A stretch of DNA of 64,000 bases, taken from positions 1,760,001 to 1,824,000 of the forward strand of contig OZ218778.1 of assembly GCA_965112635.1 (NCBI GenBank). The letters are read 5' to 3'. This document shows, in pieces, positions 9,992 through 17,659 of the stretch. The position numbers were made by a program, and so were the translations under genes. This DNA comes from an uncultured bacterium (GTDB taxonomy: Bacteria; Oederibacteriota; Oederibacteriia; Oederibacteriales; Oederibacteriaceae). A model generated the notes under the pieces. The model did no database searches. It saw only the letters and a program-made list of their open reading frames with translations, and was not told the origin of the DNA. Every line of letters starts with the position of its first letter. Position 1 is the first letter of the stretch.

Positions 9992-11806
9992 ATGTTCAAG
10001 TTACAAAAGGGGAAGGCGGAGCAAGTCCTTGCCGGGCTGTACCCGGAATATTTCAGCCTCACCAAAGGCAAACCTGTCCAGTGCCGACCATGGCGACGGA
10101 GCGGGCTGGAGGTTTTGAACGTCCGGGAGCAGGCGACCATTTATTATCAGACCCTTTCGGACAAGTTCAAGGCCCTGGGTCTTTTGGCCATCCATCCGGA
10201 ACAACCCTTTATCAGAATGGAAGCGGCCTATACCTTCCGGGGACTGATGGCGGATATGTCCCGCAACGGCGTGGCCAGGCCGGAATTTCTCAAAAAGTGG
10301 ATGGTCCAGCTCAGCCTGATGGGCCTCAATGCCCTGACCCTTTACACCGAGGACACTTATGAGGTGTCCGGCCATCCCCTGGTCGGTTACCTGCGGGGCA
10401 AGTACACCAAGGCGGAATTAAAGGACCTGGACCGGTACGCGGGGCTTTTTGGCATCGAGATGTTCCCGTGCATCCAGACCATCGGCCATTTTTCCCAGAT
10501 CCTCAAATTCAACCACTACGCGGACATCAGGGACACGGAGTGGGAGCTCAACGTGGAGTCCGCCAAGGCGGCACGTTTCGTCAGGGAACTGCTCAGGAAC
10601 GCCAGCGAACCTTACCAAAGCAAGCTCATCCATGTGGGCATGGACGAGACCTGGTCCCTGGGCCGGGGCAAATGTTTCAAGACCAACCAGAAGATGGATC
10701 CCAGGCAGATGTATGTGGGCCACCTGGCCAGGGTCGCCAAACTCTGCGCCGAGCTGGGGCTCAAGCCCATGATGTGGGGGGATATCGTGCTGGGCCAGTA
10801 CAGCACGGAAAGGCTCACCCCGGCGCAGGTAAAACTCCTTCCCAAAAATATGACCATGGATTTCTGGAACTATTACGCCGAGGACAAAAAGGTCTACAAG
10901 CAGGGAGTCGAGCGTTACCGCAAGATGGGCTATGACCCCATCATCTCGCCGGGCCTGACGGACTGGAACCGATGGTGGGGGTATTATCCCAAAGCGGAGC
11001 GGAGCACCAAGCTCTTTATGGAGACCGCCCACCAGATGGGCGTCAAGCGTTCCCTGATGACCATGTGGGGCGATGACGGCCAGGAAACGCCTTTTAGCAG
11101 CAACTGGCCGGGGCTGGCCATGTACAGCGAGCTGTGCTGGAAAGGGCATTTCCACAGGGAAGAGGCCCAGAGGATGGTCCGGGTGCTGAGCGGAGATCCC
11201 TGGGAGAGTTTTGTGGGGCCATGCCAGCTGGACACCCTTAACACCCATACCAAAGAGGGCGCGCCGTCTATGGCCAAGCCTTTCCTCTATGATGACCCCT
11301 TGCTGCGCATTTATTCCTCCCATGCTAGAGGCAAAACCTACAGCCCTATGTTCCTGAAGATCAAAAAACAGCTGGCCAAAGCGGCCAAAAAGGCCCATCC
11401 CCGCAACCGGCTGCTCTTGCAGTACGCTTTTGCATTGGCGGACCTTTTGAGCGTCAAGGCGGACCTGGGGAACGAGGCGTATGCGGCCTACCAGCGTAGG
11501 GACAAGAACAGATTGCGCGCTGTGGCGGGACGGGTGCCGGAAGTGGCGGCCAAGTGCGACAGGTTATGGGAACTGAGGCGACGGATATGGCTGGACGAAT
11601 GCAAACCCTTTGGACTGGAGGTCATTGACCTGAGGATAGGCGGACTGCTCCAAAGGCTGAAAGTTTTCCGGTCGCGTATCGCGGACTATTTGTCCGGACG
11701 GCTGGACAGCATCGAGGAGTTCGAGCAAAAACCGCAAAAACTCTGGAAGTACGAGGAAGCAACTTTGGGTTACAGCGCTGTCAGTACCATTACCGTGGTG
11801 AGGTGA
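9992..11806 (+). CDS. Glycoside hydrolase family 20 (beta-N-acetylhexosaminidase-like)
   Basis: RGLMADMSRNGV, LYTEDTYEV, PCIQTIGH, catalytic HVGMDE, MMWGD, TMWGDDG. Confidence 0.88.
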   Translation: MFKLQKGKAEQVLAGLYPEYFSLTKGKPVQCRPWRRSGLEVLNVREQATIYYQTLSDKFKALGLLAIHPEQPFIRMEAAYTFRGLMADMSRNGVARPEFLKKWMVQLSLMGLNALTLYTEDTYEVSGHPLVGYLRGKYTKAELKDLDRYAGLFGIEMFPCIQTIGHFSQILKFNHYADIRDTEWELNVESAKAARFVRELLRNASEPYQSKLIHVGMDETWSLGRGKCFKTNQKMDPRQMYVGHLARVAKLCAELGLKPMMWGDIVLGQYSTERLTPAQVKLLPKNMTMDFWNYYAEDKKVYKQGVERYRKMGYDPIISPGLTDWNRWWGYYPKAERSTKLFMETAHQMGVKRSLMTMWGDDGQETPFSSNWPGLAMYSELCWKGHFHREEAQRMVRVLSGDPWESFVGPCQLDTLNTHTKEGAPSMAKPFLYDDPLLRIYSSHARGKTYSPMFLKIKKQLAKAAKKAHPRNRLLLQYAFALADLLSVKADLGNEAYAAYQRRDKNRLRAVAGRVPEVAAKCDRLWELRRRIWLDECKPFGLEVIDLRIGGLLQRLKVFRSRIADYLSGRLDSIEEFEQKPQKLWKYEEATLGYSAVSTITVVR

Positions 11807-11808
11807 GC

Positions 11809-11949
11809 CCTATTCACACCAGGGGAACGATCGGCTATGGATATGATGCGGCGGGGAACAGGAATAAGTTCAATTCCACTGCGGTCAATGTGAATTATAA
11901 CGCTGCCAATGAAATCACGGATGGGTATGGGGAGACATTCCAGAACTGA
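11809..11949 (+). pseudogene. Rhs/YD-repeat gene fragment
   Basis: Translates as ...GTIGYGYDAAGNRNKFNSTAVNVNYNAANEITDGYGETFQN*; no start codon or RBS. Confidence 0.7.
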
Positions 11950-11975
11950 TCGGAATATATCATTATGACTTAATC

Positions 11976-12320
11976 GTGCCAGTAGTTTTATTTGGGCTGG
12001 AAGAAGGGAAGTTAGTTAATGCCACCCCTAAATGCAGAAACTATTTTGATAAGATAATTGGAAAACAAAAATTAAGTTTGAAAGATGGAGATATGCTTGG
12101 GTTCAGAAATGGGACCATAAAAGATAAATTTCGTGCTGAAAAGGTCAGGGGCCAAATTCTTAGTATTGCTTTTTCATATTTGTATACAGAAAGGGATGTA
12201 GAAGCAAGAAAAGTATTTGACGAGATGTGGCCCCCTGCTGATAGAGAACGGATTTGGAATTGGATGATAGAGCGACGAGCCCAGGGGATATTGAAGCAAA
12301 TTAATTCATCTCTGAAATAA
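11976..12320 (+). pseudogene. 5'-truncated hypothetical gene fragment embedded among Rhs remnants
   Basis: AT-rich 114-codon frame without a clear RBS; lies between two colinear Rhs pieces. Confidence 0.4.
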
Positions 12321-12444
12321 AAGGGCAACATGCAAAATAGCGTGGTCACCAGTGTTAACCACTACACCTATGACGGGGTAGTAATAAACGGGGGTAAAAT
12401 ATTATCGCTATGATGGATACGAAAAAGGAAAAACACAGAGACCG

Positions 12445-13314
12445 ATGAAAACGCAGATCTGTAATGAAAACCGTACTTATTCAGCTTTTACTTGTCCTAG
12501 TAACCCGATAATTGGTAATAACCTGCGGGTCAGGAAGACGGGTTCAAGCGGGACGACCAATTATCTATATTATGGGCTGTCGGTTGTCCTAGAAACCGAC
12601 AACACAGGGGCAATATCTAAAACTTACAATCCTGGCATAAGCGCAACGGATAAATTTGGGAACAAGTTTTATTATTTGTACGACGGACTTGGGAGCGTGG
12701 TTAACCTAATAGACCAGAAGGGGATACTTGTGCAGGCGTACCAGTACGATGTCTTTGGTGTAGCCTTAGGCGTTAAGAAGGATCAAAACTCCTTCAGGTT
12801 CGTTGGGGCTGGTCAAGTCAACTCGGACGATGATGTTGAGCTCGAATACATGCACTTTAGATGGTTTGACCCTAAAATAGGCAGATTCATATCTAGAGAC
12901 CCCCTTGGGCCCGCTGGGGGGGTGAATCTTTACAGTTATGTGAATAATAATCCAATAAATAGAGTTGATTTATTAGGATTATATAGTAATACGATTCCTT
13001 TTACAAACCTACCTGTGATTCCCGGGTTACCTACGAATAAAGATGTTGAGCAAAAGTTGAAAGATGCAGCCACAGCAAAAGGTGATAACTTATCAGATGC
13101 CGCTGCCGCTGCAATACGTGATGCCTCTAATGCTCTAGGTTCTGAACTTTCTAAATTGAATGATAAAAAAACGCCCCCGGCAGAAAAAGATAAAATTATG
13201 GGAGAACTTGCAAGCAAAATTTTGGACAAGCCGCAAGTGCCTGATAATGTGAAAAAGGAAATTGCAGATTTGTGTAAAAATCATGGTATTAAAATTCCTC
13301 CAAAAAAAGATTAA
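12445..13314 (+). CDS. Orphan Rhs-core protein with C-terminal putative toxin domain (N-truncated)
   Basis: YYLYDGLGSV..L.D..G..V..Y.YDVFG, RWFDPKIGRFISRDPLG..GGVNLYSYVNNNPINRVDLLGL, then a ~110-aa variable tip. Confidence 0.85.
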   Translation: MKTQICNENRTYSAFTCPSNPIIGNNLRVRKTGSSGTTNYLYYGLSVVLETDNTGAISKTYNPGISATDKFGNKFYYLYDGLGSVVNLIDQKGILVQAYQYDVFGVALGVKKDQNSFRFVGAGQVNSDDDVELEYMHFRWFDPKIGRFISRDPLGPAGGVNLYSYVNNNPINRVDLLGLYSNTIPFTNLPVIPGLPTNKDVEQKLKDAATAKGDNLSDAAAAAIRDASNALGSELSKLNDKKTPPAEKDKIMGELASKILDKPQVPDNVKKEIADLCKNHGIKIPPKKD

Positions 13315-13567
13315 CAGGATCAATTTAAATATAGGAGATAGAAAATTGAAATATTTGTTACGCAACTACCTTTTGGTCAGCAGGAAGAAATTATTAATTA
13401 GTATTTTATCGCTTTCTTTAATATTTTTGAACAACTTTCTCTTAACGAAATTTAGAAATAATATCTTTGGTTTCGTCTTTTCTGGCGTTTATACTTTTTT
13501 TGTCTATTTATTGCTGATCAATAACATTAATCTTTCCCCTTTATCTCCTTGGGGACTCCTATTAGTA

Positions 13568-15002
13568 GGTTGTGTACCATTCCTGGGTGTAACTTCAACG
13601 AGGGGAAAGGCAAGGTTAGATTGCAGCAATCTAACCTTGCGGCCCCAAAAATAAGTCCACGGGCGTAGACTAGGTGATTGTCTAGGTCACCAAACCCAAA
13701 CTAAAAGGAGGTCTACACCCGTGAAGTCATTATCCCAAAGAATTGAGATTTATACGAACCAGAAAATCAGAGAAAAAGTCAGGAAGATCGCTCAGCCCGG
13801 TGTCGCTCTGGAAGTAATTGGCCAGGAGGTCAATGCCATCATTGCCCAGGCTTTAGATATTCAACTGGAGGCTGAAAGGGACGAGTTTTTGGGCCGTCAG
13901 CCTTATGAACGCCTTGAAAACAGCCCTAAAAGAAACGGTTTTAAATCCACCTCTGTCCCCGGCTTTTTTGGCAGACTTTTTCTGCACAAACCAGCTCTAC
14001 GCCAGGGGTCCCTTCACTCGCCCTTGCTTACCGCCCTCAAACAAGCTGGAAAAGGCCTGGCTTCCTTCCTCGCCATCCGCTTCTGGCTCAAAGGCGCTGC
14101 CACTCGCTCTACCGCCGCTGAGATAAATGCCGCTTTGGGCACAAAGCTCTCTCACTCCACCGTCTCCACTCTCACCAACGCCTTGGAGCCAGCCATCCGT
14201 CAGTGGATGAATCGTCCCATTCCTCCCAACATCACCTACCTGCTCCTGGACGCCGCCTACCTGCCTGTCAGAAGACCTGGTTTTACCTCCAAACAAGCTC
14301 TATTGCTCGCCCTAGGCATGGATTCCTTTGGCAATCGCCATGTCCTGGGTTTCCTTCTCGGCGATAGAGAGTCCTTGGACTCCTGGCAGGCTTTTATCAA
14401 TGACCTCCTCAAAAGAGGCCTTAACCGCAACACCCTCAGGCTCGTCATCTCCGATGAACACAAGGCCATTGAGCAGGCCGTCAAAAACCTCCTGGCTGTC
14501 CCTCACCAGCTCTGCCTGGTCCACAAGATCCGAAACCTCAGAGCCATTATGCCTCGCCGTGACTGGGGTGCCTTCCTTAACGATTTCAAAGCTATCTATT
14601 GGGCCGATTCCCGCAAACTGGCTCTCCAGGCCTTTGGCCGCCTCCAAGCTCGCTGGATGAAACTCTATCCTAGAGCTACGGCTATGGCTCTCGATAGGTT
14701 CGACAACCTCACCACCTTCATGAACGAACCCCAGCATGTCTGGCGCACTCTCCGCTCCAGCAATCTCATCGAACGCTTTATCGCCGAGATCAAACGGCGC
14801 ACCCGTGCTGCCGGCACCATGCACTCCGAATTGGAGGTCGCTAAGATCGTCTGGTCTGTTTCTACCACTCAGGAAGATAATTGGTCTAAAAGAAAACTCT
14901 GGAAATCTCAAGGAGGTGATCTGGTTCAGGAAGGCTTGCTAAATGTTGCTTAACCTACTACCCGTGGACTTAACAACTTACACCCGAAAACTTGACATAA
15001 TC
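13568..15002 (+). mobile_element. IS256-family insertion sequence, 1435 bp
   Basis: 8-bp TSD TATTAGTA (13560-13567; 15003-15010). Imperfect IRs GGTTGTGTACCATTCCTGGGTGTAACTT / GATTATGTCAAGTTTTCGGGTGTAAGTT (18/28 identical). Confidence 0.9.
13721..14953 (+). CDS. IS256 (Mutator-like) DDE transposase
   Basis: LEAERDEFLG..YER, RNG, LLDA.Y..VR, LALG....G.R.VLG, LVISDEH, QLCLVH, RSSNLIERF..EIKRR. Confidence 0.92.
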   Translation: MKSLSQRIEIYTNQKIREKVRKIAQPGVALEVIGQEVNAIIAQALDIQLEAERDEFLGRQPYERLENSPKRNGFKSTSVPGFFGRLFLHKPALRQGSLHSPLLTALKQAGKGLASFLAIRFWLKGAATRSTAAEINAALGTKLSHSTVSTLTNALEPAIRQWMNRPIPPNITYLLLDAAYLPVRRPGFTSKQALLLALGMDSFGNRHVLGFLLGDRESLDSWQAFINDLLKRGLNRNTLRLVISDEHKAIEQAVKNLLAVPHQLCLVHKIRNLRAIMPRRDWGAFLNDFKAIYWADSRKLALQAFGRLQARWMKLYPRATAMALDRFDNLTTFMNEPQHVWRTLRSSNLIERFIAEIKRRTRAAGTMHSELEVAKIVWSVSTTQEDNWSKRKLWKSQGGDLVQEGLLNVA

Positions 15003-15368
15003 TATTAGTACAATTCGTTTACAACTTTCTCTTTATCTATCTTCTTATCTATTTTAGTGGGTTGAAAAATATGTATTTGAAAATAGGAATGTTATTGCTT
15101 CTCCTGGGCTTCCATTTTTTAGGTGATTATCTTTCCTTTAAACTTTATATGCAGTATTTAGAACCTATTTGGAGGTCTTATCATAATTGAGATAAAACGC
15201 TTTTGTCCGGTTTCTTCCAAATACCTACGACGCCTTCGGCTCTGCCCTAGGCGTAACTAAGAAACTGAATGGAATCATGCTTTTAGGCAAGTATACAGTT
15301 GATGAGTTAATTTTTATTTAAGTGATAACTTTATATTGTTTTCGATAATTTATGGAGGGGGAAATATT

Positions 15369-15614
15369 ATGAAAAGGTTTAATCTTCTTTCAGTAATTCT
15401 TCCTATGTTGATTTTCTTAATTAGTTCAACCATTCACAGTGCCGTATTTGAGTTAAGTGATTCGTCCAATTATGAACTTCGTTTTGACGGGGCCAACGAT
15501 GAGGACCAGACAGGGAATGTTGTGGTAACGGGAGATTTGAATGGAGATGGCATACCTGATCTGGTCATAGCAGCAAAAAACGCATCATTTAATCGAATTG
15601 GGGTCACATCTTGA
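15369..15614 (+). pseudogene. Secreted FG-GAP/integrin-alpha repeat protein, truncated at the IR of the Y1 element
   Basis: GGAGG RBS, signal peptide, GDLNGDGIPDLVIAA motif. The last codons (GVTS*) come from the inverted repeat at 15598. Confidence 0.75.
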
Positions 15615-16522
15615 CAATAGACAAAGGTGGATTGGTTTGATAGCATAACCCCACTATGTCGAGACAACTGCGTATCCATTATGAAGGTGCCCTGTACCAT
15701 GTGACGAGCCGGGGCAATGCCAGGGAAAAGGTGTTTTACGGCAATAAAGACAGGGAGAAATTCCTGGAGACACTGGCATTGACGGTGAAACGATTCGGAT
15801 GGCACTGCCATGCCTATTGTTTGATGACCAATCATTATCACCTTCTTATAGAAACCCCCCGAGCCAATCTATCCCAAGGGATGAGGCAGTTAAACGGGAT
15901 GTATACGCAGTATTTTAATCGGAGCCATAAAAGGGTAGGGCATTTATTTCAAGGGAGGTTCAAAAGTATCCATGTGGAAAAGGATAGGTACCTGCTGGAA
16001 TTGAGCCGTTACGTGGTGTTAAATCCGGTAAGGGCGAAGATGGTGGAGAATCCGGAGGCATGGAAATGGAGCAGTTACCGGGCCACGTCAGGGAAAGGAA
16101 AGGCTGAGGAGTATTTGCAGACAGACTGGATATTGAGCCAGTTTGGCGGGAAAAGGAAGGCGGCGCAAAAAAGATACAGGGCGTTTGTCAGGGAGGGGGT
16201 TGGGGTAGCGACAAAGCCATGGGAAAAAGTTAAAGGCCAGGTGTATTTGGGGAGCGAGGATTTTATAGAGGAGCTGAAGGGGCGGCTGAAGGATGTGGAT
16301 TTGGAGGAGGTTCCGCGGGCGCATACGGAGGTAGTAAAGAAAGGGCTTAAAGGTTTATTAAAAGGTGGAGGAACGGCAGCAGAGATCGAGGCGGCGCGGG
16401 AAGAGGGGCATACGATGAGGGCGATAGCGGAACACCTGGGGGTGCATTACACCGCGGTAACGCATAGGGTGAGGAGAAAATATAATGGCTGACGTATGTC
16501 TATTGTCAAGATGTGACCCCAA
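15598..16522 (+). mobile_element. Y1/RAYT-type transposase element with perfect 26-bp terminal inverted repeats
   Basis: TTGGGGTCACATCTTGACAATAGACA (15598-15623) and its exact reverse complement (16497-16522) flank a single ORF. Confidence 0.8.
15656..16492 (+). CDS. REP-associated tyrosine transposase-like HUH (Y1) protein with C-terminal HTH
   Basis: YHVTSRGN, YCLMTNHYHLLI (HUH), GHLFQGRFKS, RYVVLNPVRA, WSSY; C-terminal IAEHLGVHYTAV helix-turn-helix. Confidence 0.88.
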   Translation: MSRQLRIHYEGALYHVTSRGNAREKVFYGNKDREKFLETLALTVKRFGWHCHAYCLMTNHYHLLIETPRANLSQGMRQLNGMYTQYFNRSHKRVGHLFQGRFKSIHVEKDRYLLELSRYVVLNPVRAKMVENPEAWKWSSYRATSGKGKAEEYLQTDWILSQFGGKRKAAQKRYRAFVREGVGVATKPWEKVKGQVYLGSEDFIEELKGRLKDVDLEEVPRAHTEVVKKGLKGLLKGGGTAAEIEAAREEGHTMRAIAEHLGVHYTAVTHRVRRKYNG

Positions 16523-16537
16523 ACTCGTGAGGTGAGT

Positions 16538-17659
16538 ATGCAAGGGCCGCGAACTATCCGGTTAAAAGAGTTCCCGCAACTGGAACCTCTGTTCCATACC
16601 TGTTTTTCCATCCCCAAAAAGGATTTTGTAAAGAAATTTCCTATCCTTTTTGACAGGCAGAGAATGGACAACATGAATGTCATGGTCGAAAAGGGACGGG
16701 TGGCCTCTCACGTCGGGGCGGTCAGGCGTGCTCTGGACCTCCTGGGGACCCGGCTCCAAGCCACCTTCATCGGAGCCGTATGCACCTATCCGGCTTTTGA
16801 GGGCCAGGGGCTGGCCAGCAAACTACTACACCATGTCATCAAAAAAGACAGAAAGCAGGGCTGTGACCTATTGCTGATTTCGGGCTTTCGCGGACTTTAT
16901 CAGAGGCTTGGCGCGGCCTACGTGGGAAGGATCGCCATGCTTAAAGGGAGCGCCAGTAAGATCAAGAGACTCCTGCCTGTAAGCGTGCGCCGGACCAGGC
17001 TCAGGGACATCAAGGCCATGCACGGCCTTCACCAGCAGGAGCCTGTCCATGTGGTCAGGCCTGAGGACGACCTGAGAGTGATATGGCGGACCAAATTCGC
17101 AAGCGCCAGGGATGTGGAGTTCTATACCGTACTGCTGGCCGACAGGGTCGCCGGCTATTTTGTAGTGCCCCGGCCTTTTAGGAAAGATTCGTGGGTGGTG
17201 GAATATGCCGGTCTCAAGGCGGCTCTGGTGGAGGCATTACCGGAACTAGCCAAAAAACTCAAGGCCAAAACCTTGCAGTTCAAGGTGCCTTCAGCGGACC
17301 AGGAGATGGCCCGCCTTGTCCGGGAAGCTGGGTTTCGGCCCAGGCCGGCCGAAATGGATTTTACAGTGGTGGTTATCAATTTCCAGGGTTTGATGCACAA
17401 GTTAAAGCCGGCTTTTCAAAGAATTCTTAGGGGAGACCAGGCACGAATGTTCAAATTTAAGGAGAAAAAAGGGAAGTATATATTCAGCCTGGGAAGGGAA
17501 AAGTTTATCTGCCCGGACAGGGCCCTGCTGGCCAAGATAATTTTCGGAGACCGTAGAGGAGAGGGAATCCGGGGCGGGCCCAAAAGCAGGAATTTAAAAA
17601 AGATATTTGGAAAGATATTCCCGATAGCTTTGCCCAACGCGGGCATCAGTTTCGTTTAG
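16538..17659 (+). CDS. GNAT N-acetyltransferase (Eis-like, tandem GNAT)
   Basis: IGAVCTYPAFEGQGLASKLL acetyl-CoA motif A; SGFRGLYQRLG. Confidence 0.8.
   Translation: MQGPRTIRLKEFPQLEPLFHTCFSIPKKDFVKKFPILFDRQRMDNMNVMVEKGRVASHVGAVRRALDLLGTRLQATFIGAVCTYPAFEGQGLASKLLHHVIKKDRKQGCDLLLISGFRGLYQRLGAAYVGRIAMLKGSASKIKRLLPVSVRRTRLRDIKAMHGLHQQEPVHVVRPEDDLRVIWRTKFASARDVEFYTVLLADRVAGYFVVPRPFRKDSWVVEYAGLKAALVEALPELAKKLKAKTLQFKVPSADQEMARLVREAGFRPRPAEMDFTVVVINFQGLMHKLKPAFQRILRGDQARMFKFKEKKGKYIFSLGREKFICPDRALLAKIIFGDRRGEGIRGGPKSRNLKKIFGKIFPIALPNAGISFV

Larger units (their letters stand above)
13346..15190 (+). pseudogene. Putative membrane immunity gene interrupted by IS256
   Basis: AGGAG RBS + TTG 13346. 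Removing the IS and one TSD copy restores a 133-aa hydrophobic ORF ...PWGLLLV|QFVYNFLFIYLLIYFSGLKNMYLKIGMLLLLLGFHFLGDYLSFKLYMQYLEPIWRSYHN*. Confidence 0.75.
11798..16536. mobile_element. AT-rich accessory insert (about 4.7 kb) bounded by a 10-bp direct repeat
   Basis: GTGAGGTGAG at 11798-11807 and 16527-16536. Contents are Rhs fragments, IS256 and a Y1 transposase. Confidence 0.6.

Noticed and set aside
10418-11398. 326-aa antisense ORF within GH20 (likewise 19279-20265 and 25668-26399)
   Set aside because: Typical long shadow ORFs of GC-rich coding sequence, with no family motifs.
13262-13654. 130-aa track ORF as an intact gene
   Set aside because: Its last ~28 codons are IS256 left-end sequence; the real gene starts near 13346 and continues after 15010.
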